This document shows positions 52,234 through 64,000 of a stretch of DNA of 64,000 bases, in pieces. Each line of letters opens with the position of its first letter. The first letter of the stretch is position 1. The translations under genes were made by a program, and so were the position numbers. The stretch is from contig NC_058368.1 in the NCBI RefSeq assembly GCF_018350175.1, positions 108,502,001 through 108,566,000 of the forward strand, given 5' to 3'. Source of the stretch: Felis catus. Its lineage: Eukaryota. Below the pieces are notes generated by a model, which worked only from the letters and a program-made list of their open reading frames with translations, did not search any database and had not been told where the DNA came from.

Positions 52234-53207
52234 TTAAAATACATATAATAAATAGACAAAATCTAGTAAAACTGATTTTTAGTTTTACTAGCAATTCCGT
52301 GCCATGCCATTACACAATAATCTTCATAACAGCACTGTTATGGAAACAATGCAAATGTTTATCAAGAGTAGAATGGATAAACATATTATCGTATACTCAG
52401 ACTATGAATATATGTATATATTCAGACACAATAAATACAATGAATGAACTTCAACTACAGACAAAAACATAGATCAACCCTGAGTAAAAGAAATTAGACA
52501 ATGGTATGCTCACACAAAACACACACACACAGTTACTGTATTTTTCCATTTACACAAAGTTTAAATCAGGTTAAGTTTTACATACAGATGCATATTTAGT
52601 TTTTAAAACTATAAGGAAAATGAAGGGATACCTTCAAAAGTTTGAGAGTGGTTACCTCTGGGGATAAGGCTGGAGGTGGTGGTGGTATAACCAGAAAGGT
52701 ACACACCAGGTAGACTGGGCACTATGTTCTATTTTTAGACTGGACAGTGCTTACATCAATATTCACTCTAGAGTATTAAAAAAAGCCACTTCTTTGGTTT
52801 ATGTATGTTTACATATGCATTCTTTGTCATAATTTAAAAAGATTAAAGAAATGAGTAGATAAGGGAAAAGAGAGAAAAAGAGAAAACAATGAACTGTATG
52901 GTAAAGATACCTATCCAGTGAACTGAATACAATGCAATACACCTGATGGGACAGTTGCTAACTGCTATTCCAGGGGCTATGTGTTTACTTAATGTCAGGA
53001 TGAACGGTCAATTCCTCACAATCCATCAGTTACAACTCGTGACTGGGTTCCTTCACCTCCTTAAGAGAATCATAACACTTAATGCATCTTAAATGACCCA
53101 TAACTGGCAACATAAAATATCTTCATTCCAAATTCTTGACAGTAAATACAATTTTAATTTTCTCCTGTCTAATCCTTATAAACATCTGTATTAAGAACTG
53201 ATTTACT

Positions 53208-53424
53208 GGGGTGCCTGAGTGGTTCAGTCAGTTAAGCATCCAACTTTGGCTCAGGTCATGATCTCACGGTTCGTGAGTTCGAGCCCGGCATCGGGCTCTG
53301 GACTAACAGCGCAGAGCCTGGGGCCTGCTTCAGATTCTGTGTCTCCCTCTATCTGCCCCTCCGCTGCTTGCACTCTGTCTCTCGCATTGTCTCAAAAATA
53401 AATAAACATTAAAAAAATTTTTTT
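53208..53424 (+). mobile_element. Felid Can-SINE
   Basis: TSD-like aactgatttac / aactgacttac. Confidence 0.9.
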
Positions 53425-55369
53425 AACTGACTTACCAAACTGTGGCTTGCTGTTATGCAAAGGAAACTATAAAAGAATACACACCAACATATAGGTAAGA
53501 GGAAAGAGGTCTTATGGAAACTAGAAAGAACATTTTCGACAGGAAGAAGAAATACCAGGGCAGTCACTAAAAAGCACCCACTAGTTATAGAACAAAGAAG
53601 TCTGTGGGGACCATGGCAAAGACACTTCTAAGGAAGTTCAACACATTGCAGAGGATTGAAGAATGAATAGGAACAGAGAAAATACCGAATTTAGGACAAA
53701 TGTCAAGGAAATAAAGAAAGACATGAAATCATGGAGGGACAGCTTTTTTGTTATTAAAAAGGACACATGTGAACATATTTACATACTGCTGACGATGAAT
53801 ATAAAGTGGAAGAGAGATGATGACAGATACAGCAAAGCCTCCAAAGAAGTAGAGTTGGATAGATATAGACTACAGGTGAAAGGATTCACATCAAACAGGA
53901 GAAAGGATAATCCATGCACTAGGATGGAAATAAAGGAGGCAAAGATGGACATGCATCTAGAAAGAACTGTAAATATAAAGGTAAGATGTTGAGAAAATTC
54001 ATTCTAACAGCTCTAATTTCTTTGTAAAATAGATGAAGGGAAATAAAAGTTGTAAAATGCAGGAAAAGTAGAGAGTAAAATAGAGAAGAACAGTGATGTG
54101 GGAATGAAAACTACGATGACTAGGAAACATAAGGTTTCTGGGAAATTCAGGAAGTCTACATGATGTTCAAGACTATGAATATATACCTGCCACCAACTAC
54201 ACAGTTAAGTCATTTTTTCTAACAAACACTCCTATTCTTGAATTTGGATCAGATTGAGCCAAGGCAAGGATTATGATAGGGAGACAGGACAAAAACAAAG
54301 GGGAGCCTGGGAGATAGAACAAAAGACTGACAAAAATATACCTGGAATGATGGACAGTGAAATCTAGGCTCGTTAGGTAAGAAAGTGAGGAGGGGGGAAG
54401 CTAACAGATTAGAAGAAAATGAAGGCAGTGAGGTCAAAGTGCTGAAATAATATGAAGAGCTATGGGGGGAGGCAGGAAGACAAGGACTAGAAAACCATCA
54501 TCATAGGGTAGAATACTAGACTTAAGACACTAGAGGTTTAAGATATTAACTATTAGAATGAATAGTTCATTCATTCATTCAATACAAATATGTGCCTACC
54601 AAGTGCCAAGCACTGGTTAGGGCAAGTTAGGTAAGAACCTGCTGTGGAAGCAAGAAACAGCAAGAGCAAAGTAAAAAAGAAATGGACATGGTAACTTCAG
54701 ATAAATAGCTGATGAAATAAAGAAATCAAAACAAGGAATCAATAAACTGTGATAGAATGTGGTAGTAAGGATATGCTATGTGAGTCAGTAAGGTATATTC
54801 ATTTTTTTTAAGTGCATATCTGGACGAAATGTTCTGAAGAAAATGAAAACTTAGGCTTTGCTAGATGTAGAGTATTCCAACAGAGCTGGAATGAGCAGTG
54901 GCCACCATCTCATTCATCCAACACCCTGTGATCTCAAGATACACAAAGAATAAAATCTAAATTCCTTTGCTTAGATGTAAAAATGACCAAAATCCGGCCC
55001 TGATCTACCTTTCCAGACTTCCTTCATGTTACCCATAGTATCAACACAATGATCTCAAAGGTGCAAAGACATACCACACAATTTCACAGTTCCATACCTT
55101 TGTATGAGTTACTACCTCCACCTGAAATATCCTCAACCACCTTGGCAAAACTCCCATTCATTCTTAAAGATCTAGCTTAAATGTCACCTCTGTGGAAGCT
55201 CTTTAGTAATTCCACCAGCAGAGTTAGCTGTTGACTTCTGAGATTACAATGACTTTAGATTAGAAATCTAGTAATACTTTCCACACTGTACTTTTTATCT
55301 GTTCACATTTTCTCCCACTAGAAAGAGAGATCTCCATAAGGAAAGCTTACTTATCTTTGTTTAGTTTTG

Positions 55370-55582
55370 TTTTTTTTTTTAAGTTTATTTATTTATTTTG
55401 AGAGAGAAAGGGACAGCACAAGTGGGGGAGCGGCAGAGACAGAGAGAGAGAAAGAATCCCAAACAGGCTCCATGTTGCCAGCACAGAGCCCAACTTGGGG
55501 TTCAAACTCACAAAACCATGAGATCATGACCTGAGCTGAAACCAAGAGTCAGACACAACCTACTGAGCCATCCAGGAACCCC
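55370..55582 (-). mobile_element. Can-SINE
   Basis: SINE body; TSD-like atctttg. Confidence 0.87.
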
Positions 55583-55644
55583 TCATCTTTGAATTCCTAG
55601 ATCCAAGCACATTAAATAAGTAAAACAACATAATCTCAAGAAAC

Positions 55645-55846
55645 CGGTCAGTTACGCATCCAGCTCTTGATCTCAGCTCAGCTCAGGTCATGATCTCACA
55701 GTTCTTGAGTTCGAGCCCTACAATGGGATGTGTGCTGATGGCGCAGAGCCTGCTTGGGATTCTGTCTCTCCTTTTCTCTGCCCCTCCCTCGCTTGGGTTC
55801 TCTCTCTCTCTCTCTCAAAATAAATAAACTTGAATGAGTGAATGAA

Positions 55847-55885
<39 letters not shown>
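55645..55885 (+). mobile_element. Can-SINE, 5'-truncated, (AAAT)n tail
   Basis: ctcaggtcatgatctcacagtt...agagcctgcttgggattctg. Confidence 0.85.
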
Positions 55886-55889
55886 AAGA

Positions 55890-57080
55890 TTGATAAAATA
55901 GACTAGATCAAAATTTAAAACCTGAATATCAAAAGAGAGTTAAAAAAAAAAAGGCCAGCCATTAACTGGAAGAAAGTATTTCAAATGTATATAACTGAGG
56001 AAAGGATTTGTATACAAAGAACTACAAAGCAATAAAATAATCCAATTTTAAAATGGGATCAAAAGACTGGAGCATTTTACATAAGTATGTATGTGAATAA
56101 TGAATGATCAAAAGCACATGGAAAAGATGCTATCAGTACCAATCATTAGAGAAATGCAACTTAGAACCCTCCACAGCTACTAAAATAGCTAATATTAAAA
56201 GGACTAATACACCAGTTGATGGTAAGAATACGAAGCACTTGGAATTCTCATACACTGTTAGTAAGAGCATAAAAGGAGACAACCATTTGGTAAAATTACT
56301 TGGCAGCTATGACCCAGCAATTATTCTCATAGTACTTGACAAGAGAAATAAAAATTTATGTTCCCAGAAATGCCCCCTCCGGTTTTATTCATCATAGCAA
56401 AAAAACTGGGAACAGCATAAATGATCATTAATGGGAGAATGAATACACAACCTAGAATGTACATTTCTACAATGAAATACCACTCCAAAATAACGAGCAA
56501 TGTGCCACTGATAACACAGTAACATAGATGAACCCTAAAAACATTGTTAAGTGAAAAAATCCAGACACAGAAGCATACATATTGTTGTTGTTGTTTTTTA
56601 ACATTTATTTATTTTAGAGAAGCAGAGACAGAGCATGAGCAGGGGAGGGGCAGAGAGAGAAGGAGACAAAATCTGAAGCAGGCCCCAGGCTCTGAGCAAT
56701 CAGCGTAGAGTCCAATGTGGGGCGCAAATTTACAAGCCAAGAGATCATGTCCTGAGCCAATTGAGCCACCCAGCTGCTCCAGAAGCATACATACATATTG
56801 TTAATTTCATGTATATGTAGTTCTAGAACAGATAAAACTCATCCATGCTGAGAGAAACCCAAACAGTGGTTGGTCAGAGGTGGAGGGAGCAAGGGGGAAT
56901 GGACTAGAAAAGTGCATGAAGGAACTTTACGGAGTAACTGAAATATTCTAGATCTTGATTGGGGTTTTAGTTAAACAGGCATATGTATACATTTTTCAAA
57001 ATTAATCACATTATACACTTAGAATTATGTGTATTTTATGTAAATTTTTAAAAAGAGGATTAAAAAATAATAAAAATAAA
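55890..57080 (+). mobile_element. Ancient L1 (L1ME/MD-type) 3' relic with a nested SINE
   Basis: aaaagatgctatcagta...agagaaatgcaa, ctatgacccagcaatt motifs. Confidence 0.75.
56590..56780 (-). mobile_element. Felid Can-SINE
   Basis: TSD agaagcatacat. Confidence 0.87.
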
Positions 57081-57459
57081 TTTGAAAATTAAAGAGGATT
57101 GGAGGGAGAAAAACAACACTGTATGTAACCAAACTGTATTTACATTACAGACTTCTCATTAAAACAGAGATATTAAACATTTACCACACTAAAAGCACAA
57201 TGCCAGGTGCTGGGAATATATCTGTTGTCACATTCTTTATCTATGTATTCTTTCACTGACTTAAAAGCATTCATTAAGCATGAAAGGAAAAGATAACTAT
57301 ACCATGAGAAGGTTGATAGTCTAACAGAAAAATAATCAATTTATCAATCTGATATAGTCTATGACTGAGGCAAACTTAAAATCTAGTCAAGACATTTGCA
57401 TAGGGAGGTCAGTAAGGACTCACTAAAAATTAATAGTAAATGATACACAATAAATAATA

Positions 57460-57720
57460 AAATTTAACACACATTATCTATTATATACCAACTACTGTTC
57501 TAAGTGCATTACATGTGTTGATTCATTTAATCTTCACATTAATTCATTTGATCTTCGTAACAACTCTATTCCTATTTTATAGGTAAGAAAACTAAGGCAG
57601 GGAGAGATTAAGTAACTTGCCCAAAATGACATAGCTACCTACTAAAAATAGCAATGCTGGGTTTAGATTCCAAGTAGTATGTCTGTGGAGTACAGGATCT
57701 TAACGATTATTATGTACTAT
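57460..57720. mobile_element. MIR SINE
   Basis: MIR core cctattttataggtaagaaaactaaggcag...attaagtaacttgcccaa. Confidence 0.75.
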
Positions 57721-57769
57721 AGATTAAGCAGGAAGTACTACTTAAAGCTAACCATTCTCTTCACTGAAA

Positions 57770-58800
57770 GAAGAAAACAGCATGTGTTGTAATTCTTAGT
57801 GACTGTAGCTCAGGAGCCTGCAGTGTAGTTTGTAGCAAACTACAAAGGCAGGCTGGAGCCAGATCACTCAGAAGCACTTCACAGAAACAGAAACACAAAA
57901 GAACCTGATCACTCAGGCAGTGAATAAACAAGGGTGTCAAACAGGTGAAAAGATCATTTGTGCATTTCAGAAAATCACATTGACAGAAAATCACATTGAG
58001 AACTGACTAGAATGGGAGGTCTAGAGGTAAGATAAACTTAACAAAACAGCACTGAAGACAGAAAGAAAGGGACAGAGTTAGTTATTATTTAGGAGACAGA
58101 CATGACCTGAAAGACTGTATATGAAGAGTGAGGAAAGAGGATGGCTGACTCTCAGGTTTCCAATTTGATGAAAACAGGTATCATTAACCAAGGTGGAGAA
58201 TACAGGGGGAAAGCAAGTTTGGGATAAGGGCATAAACAGACTGAGTTTGGAGAGTCTGAAACACAGCTGCAGAAAAGTGTTCAAGAGACTGATGAAAAAA
58301 TGGTCTGGAGCGTAGGAAGAAAGCTGAGACTAGAGTTTTGGACAAAGGAATTACTGACACGTGTTGGTACTGAAATTATTCAGGAAGAACATATTAGTTG
58401 AAAAGAGAAAACAAAGTGAAGGACCAATAAACTATAATTTTAGGACACGGCAATAATTAAAGGACAGGTAGAAAAAAAGCAGAGAAGCCAGGGAAGATCA
58501 GTAAAGACAGACCACTAGAGAGAAAAAAGAAAACCCATGGTAAGAGGTTATTTCGAAAGTCAAGGAAGATCTAAAAAGAAAAAAAAAGTCAAGAATATTA
58601 AGATAAAGGAATACCGTACAGTACCAAAAGCCAAATTTATAAAGGCTAAAAGTGCCCATGGGATTTGTCAATTTGGGGGTCTTTGGTACTCTTGCAAGAA
58701 CACTTTCAGTGGAAAAGTGCGATGGGGTGGGGGTAATCACACAGCAATGGCAATGGAATGAAGGGAAAAGAGCTGAGACAATTAAGATAGTAAGTATGTG
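57770..58800 (-). mobile_element. L2 relic
   Basis: Purine-rich degenerate L2 antisense pattern. Confidence 0.55.
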
Positions 58801-58977
58801 TGCTATTTGCAAAGGTTTCCCTGTGAAAAGGGAAGAGACAGGAATAACGTGCCCATATAATTCACCACATACACTGCAGAGTTTTAAATGTAAAGGAAGA
58901 TCCTAAACACACAGGAGTAAACTGAGATTATCTTGGCAACCAAAGTCTATAGTCACCCCAAACAGGTAGGTGAAGTA

Positions 58978-59215
58978 GGGGCACCTGGGTGGCTCAGTCG
59001 GTTGAGCGTCTGACTTCGGCTCAGGTCATAATCTCACATTTTGCGGGTTCGAGCCCCGAATCAGGCTCTGTGCTGACCGCTTGCTCAAAGCCTGGAGCCT
59101 GCTTCGGATACTGTGTCTCCTTCTCTCTATGCCCCTCCCCCGCTCACGCTTTGTCTCATTCTGTTTCTCAAAAATAAACAAATGTAAAAAAAAAATTACA
59201 AAAAAAAAAGAAAAA
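58978..59215 (+). mobile_element. Felid Can-SINE
   Basis: ggggcacctgggtggctcagtcgg head; TSD-like aggtgaag. Confidence 0.9.
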
Positions 59216-60837
59216 GAGGTGAAGCTACAAGAGGCTTTTTTTTAAAGAAAAAAATGTAGACAGATCTTCATATATCTTTTATACACATATATATATTCTT
59301 TTATTCTATCTACCTATCTTTATATCTAAAAAGGGTATACACCTAAATGTATGTATTTCCAAATTTATGAGAAGGTAGCAGAGAAACAGTTTAAAAAAGC
59401 AACCAGAGAAAACTGTTGGACTAAGATTCCAAAAAAATTAGGACACAGTATCCTGGGTAAGGCTAATGAACTACAAAGTACACTTACTGAGGCAAGAAAA
59501 AAAGGATCTACAAATGAAAATTACTGCAGATAGGTTTTCAGGTTGAAGAGACTAGAAACTAAGCATTTGTACTGATCACTTCTGTTTTTTCTAAAAAGTA
59601 GAAGTCAAGCATGTACCTAAATATATATGAGATAGATGTGTGGCCTGAACTGGGGTATAGGGTTTGAGAGATAAAGGTCTGACAAAGTCATCAAAAAAAA
59701 AAAAAAAAAAGAAAGAAAAAAAAGCAGGGGGTGGGGTGGGGTGGAGTGAGGTGGGGTGGGGTGGGGTAGTGCTAACCTAAGAAAAGCATAAGCCAAAGCA
59801 CTATCAAGCCAGCAGAGCTAAAAACTATAAATCTGTGATAGGACTAATTTTTTCAACTATCACAAGTTAACCTAGGTACGGAAGGGGCAAAAGTAGACAA
59901 TGGATTTAACAGGAAATCTTCTGAGTAGCTGCAACGGAAAACCAGGGGCAAGGCTGTTAAGAGTGACATTGAGAAAGAAATTCTGGACACATGGTCAGGA
60001 TGGAGGTGATGGAAGGAAAACAAAACAAAACAAAAAAACAGTAGTCTCAATGAAGTTAGAGAGCAAATTTATATGAGAGATCAAAGGATATGAAGTTGTG
60101 GTCAGAAAAGGAGCATCCCAAAAAGAGAGTAGAGTCAGTTCATACTTAGGCTCAAGGCATAGCTAAGAACAGATCAAGGTAGACAGTAGGAGAAAGAGAG
60201 TAAGAGGAGGTACTGTGAAGCCAGAATGTTAGATGTGTGGGTTGCCCAAGACGATGGTGCAAAGTGATCAGGAAAGAAACGCTATCACCTAAATGTCAAA
60301 GTTCTTGAAGAATACGAGGGAGCCATCTGGTAGAAGGTCAGCAGTGGATGCCATCAATAAAATAGAGCAAAGTGTGTTCTTATGGCAAAGGCCTCAGAAA
60401 AGAAGAGGTTTTCATGAGAGGACAAGAACAATCTGCCAGCAATAATATGGGCCAAGTTCCTACAGCCAGTATTGGGTAGTGTGTGGAAAAATAAACACCC
60501 ATACTGAAAGGGCAAAAGGAGGAATTACGGCCCATGATAACAAAAATGTGGAGAAATTGCAAAGAAAATGAAAACACAAAGAAGGAATTCTAAATGGTGC
60601 AGAGAAAAGGCAGCACAGGCATTAATGGATGGGGAAGGGAATGATGGGGACATGAAGAAGGCTCAATACCTGCAGGGCTCAGACTGTGGGATATGCCTGA
60701 ATAAGAACAGAGATGTAAATAACACAGCTTTATATTTAAATAGAAATCTTGTGTGAAGTTGTTTTGACAACAGAAGGTCTTACAGTCATTCACTGTTTAG
60801 AAAAAAAAAAAATGTCTGATCAAGTTATCTGGAATGA

Positions 60838-61060
60838 GGGGCACCTACTTGGCTCAGCTGGTGAGCCTCTGACTTTGGCTCTTAAGTCATGATCTCACAG
60901 TTCATGAGGTCCAGCCCCACAATGGGCTCTGTGTTGACAGCTCTGACGCTGGAGCCTGCTTTGAATTCTGTGTCTCCCTCTCTCTCTCTGCCCCTCCCCG
61001 ACTCATGCTATTCCTCTCTCTCTCAAAAATAGGTAAACGTTGAAAAAAAAAATTTTTTTT
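60838..61060 (+). mobile_element. Felid Can-SINE (left member of tandem pair)
   Basis: SINE body. Confidence 0.88.
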
Positions 61061-61080
61061 TAACTTATCTGGAAAGAGAT

Positions 61081-61302
61081 GGGGCGCCTGGGTGGCTCAG
61101 TCAGTTGAGCATCCGACTTCGGCTCAGGTCATGATCTCACAGTTTGTGGGTTCGAGCCCCACATCAGGCTCTGTGCTGATAGCTTGCTCAGAGCCTGCAG
61201 CCTGCTTCAGATTCTGTGTCTCCTTCTGTCTCTCTGCCCCTCCCCCGTTCATGCTCTGTCTCTGTCTCTCCAAAATAAATAAATGTTAAAAAAAATTTTT
61301 TT
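61081..61302 (+). mobile_element. Felid Can-SINE (right member of tandem pair)
   Basis: ggggcgcctgggtggctcag head; TSD core ctggaaagagat. Confidence 0.9.
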
Positions 61303-63829
61303 AAGTTTACCTGGAAAGAGATCTGTGACTTAGAAGACTAAATACCTGAAATGGAGAGGGTTTACTGACAGAGTTATGATTTCCCTTATCCTATAATAGA
61401 AACAAGTCGTGAATCCTGAAATTTATAGACATGCCAAACTGAAATTGACTAAATTGATCTGTTACCAAAAAGGTGCCTGACGAATTAATTCTATTTGAAA
61501 TATACTTGAAGAACATATTAAATACGATAACCCCAAAGTGACTCCTTTAATAGGCAAATAATTGTAAACAGTTAACAGTAATCTTAAATTTATTCAGTTT
61601 TCAAATGAAAAATAAAAGAGAAGCATAAATGACCTACCTAACATCACTGTTCTGGTGAGGCTATCTGGTCTCCCCCATTCCATTCACACCCACCTCTATC
61701 TTCCACTGGCATTCACTTCTACTCAGCACGCAAACAGTATGGCATGATCCTTTATTATACCAAAACCTAATCTTTGATATCTAATCGACTATGCTTTCTA
61801 CCTCACCTTGTTGCCTTTTTATCAAAATTTAACTGAAGACATAACTAAGTCAAATCATTAACAGTGATAAGCACACCATTCACAAAAGTTATTTGTAACT
61901 TTTGCTATAGCAAAACTTTCCTCAGTATTAGGCTACTGTGTTCAACTTAATATTAATTTAAACATTAGTAAGAAAACTACTCGATAAACCACAAACTATT
62001 TTAAGACTCTACACAGATGTTATTTATAGTTTATGTTAGCTTATATGCTCTGCATGTTTTTTATCTAACACTTTCAAAGAATGCTAACAGAAAATAAACA
62101 TGCTAGAAGAGGCACCTCCCTTAACACACTGACACTGCTAAATCATGCATTCTCGATGGGAGCAAGATGGCTTCCCAAGAGGAGACAAAACAATCTTAAA
62201 GGCTCCTTGGGGGGGGACAATAAAGGTAAAAAAAAAAGATTGAGAAACATCAGGCTAAATGTTAGTTTGTATCTCAACACATTTAATGATTGTCACACTT
62301 AGATGTAATATCTAAATATTTTACTTTTTCTTTCCTATTTGACCAACTCTTTTGCCTCAACAATTAAATTTCATGCACTTGTAGATAAATACCACCTAGT
62401 CTTCTCTTCCTCTACTCCTACTTACATTTGATCATCCAGATATTTTCACTGTTTCTTAAAATCAAAGTGTCTGGAATAATCTCTTACTATAGAGTATATG
62501 TATCAGACATGATAAGTTATTTTATTCAATAATCATTTGCAATGCCTACTATGGAAATGGTACTGTTAATTGTTCTTTCCTGGGCCTTATCCATCAATGT
62601 TGTCTCACTGAAATGGAAACATGGATGGTGATGCAAACTAACACTGAGCAACAATTAAAATCTTACGCTCTTACAAGACATAGAGAGAGAAGGGAGCCAA
62701 GTACCTATACATGAGGAATTAGAGAAATTGCCCCCAATACTAGCAAACATTCTGAGTTTGGTTAAAAAAAAAAAAAAAAAAAAAGAATTGCTGTAGAAAG
62801 AAGTGAAGAATGGATGAAGGGAAGGAGGGAGAAAGAGAAGAATGCTAAACTAGGCTACAAAAGATAATCAAAAATCTTTCTCAACATAACAACGTGGCAA
62901 GAAGTGGTCACCATCAGAACCCCAAAGCACAATAGCCAAAAAGCACCATATTCAATTAGAGAAAGATATTCTGTACATGGAGCAGGTGACCTGAGTTTTT
63001 GAAAACCTGTAGACAGATTGTGCTTTACAGAAATCTGCTGCCAATTAGTCAATGTTCAATAAAATAACATTCACCATTCCCTCTAAAACACAGTGACCAG
63101 CAAAGAACTGGCAACTGAATGCATATTTAGGTCTTAAGCTAAAAATAAAAAGTCACAACAAGTATAGTTTTTTAAATTCCTCACTCCAATTAACTTTTTC
63201 TTTTAATCTGGAAGTTCCAACTATATCAGATAACAGAGCACCTTATTTTCCTTTCGATATATATTTACTGTGAATTAAAAAAAATAACAATAGTGAACAT
63301 ATGGGTCTGTATGAGCAATTCCCAATAATTTCTAGTAAAAGGACACAATTTTAATATTTTAAAAAATTTGGTATCCAGTAACTGAGAAAATATGAATAAA
63401 GGCTACTATGAACTCAGTACAGTATTAATCAAAAGAACATCTATATACTTGTGAAAAACGAAACTACATATTCAACAGTTATTTATTCAGTTTACAGATA
63501 GTTTATATAAAATGTGTTTATAAAGTCAAGGACCTAATTCAATAAATCTACTACAACTCAGGGGTTGAAACACCTAATATCAGGATATATACAAAATTAA
63601 ACAAATCACATACAGGATTACAGGAACCATAAAATACATGTGAAAATTACACTGTACAAAGTTTTAAAAGTATGGAAAAAAGATAAAATATAAATCACCG
63701 TCAGAGTATCACTGCATTTCTGCTAGGAGTCACACATTAAAGAATTGTTTAAAGTACATTTTCTTATGAAAGTAGGATTATCAGTAATAAGGCATCATTA
63801 TTATACAAATTCTGCTTTTCAAGAGAATT

Positions 63830-64000
63830 AAAAAAAAATTTTTTTAATGTTTGTTTATTTTAGAGAGAGACAGAGACAGAGAGAGCACTAGCAGGGAAGG
63901 GGCAGAGAGAGGCGTTGTGGGGGGGAGACACAGAATCTGAAGCAGGCTCCAGGCTCTGAGCTGTCAGCACAGAGCCTGACCCAGGCCTCGAACTCATGAG
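63830..64000 (-). mobile_element. Felid Can-SINE, cut by the window edge
   Basis: cagaatctgaagcaggctccaggctctgagctgtcagc. Confidence 0.88.

Noticed and set aside
26363..61289. Recurrent MAQSV...SAQVMIS peptides suggesting a gene family
   Set aside because: Translations of Can-SINE copies
904..64000. tRNA-like A/B boxes
   Set aside because: They belong to tRNA-derived SINE heads; no standalone tRNA gene seen
1..64000. Foreign insert, viral coding region, NUMT, snoRNA/miRNA or novel multi-gene system
   Set aside because: None recognisable by eye; host exons and known repeat classes explain most of the window. An Rfam/Dfam scan is needed to exclude small RNAs

Overview
AT-rich mammalian genomic DNA from a feliform carnivore, most likely a felid, judged by the many felid-type Can-SINEs and carnivore L1s. 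The whole window lies inside one minus-strand gene, FNIP1 (folliculin-interacting protein 1). Ten GT-AG coding exons (exons 2-11; 127, 135, 101, 75, 92, 84, 72, 136, 202 and 86 nt, 1110 nt in total) splice into one open frame matching FNIP1 residues ~31-401 as I recall the protein. Exon 1 lies beyond the right edge and exon 12 onward beyond the left edge. The introns hold about 26 Can-SINEs, several L1s (one twin-primed inverted copy, one ~5 kb copy lacking ORF1), L2/MIR relics, DNA-transposon fossils, three solo LTRs, a 5'-truncated RPL10 processed pseudogene and microsatellites. I see no convincing previously undescribed biological system. The best leads are: the weak-donor, frame-preserving exon 7 carrying a cluster of AMPK phosphosites; a motif-dense unique segment upstream of it; the odd 5' end of the RPL10 retrocopy; a 245-codon antisense ORF; and several retrotransposition oddities. 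Exon coordinates were read base by base. Repeat boundaries and subfamily names are approximate and from memory, not from a search.
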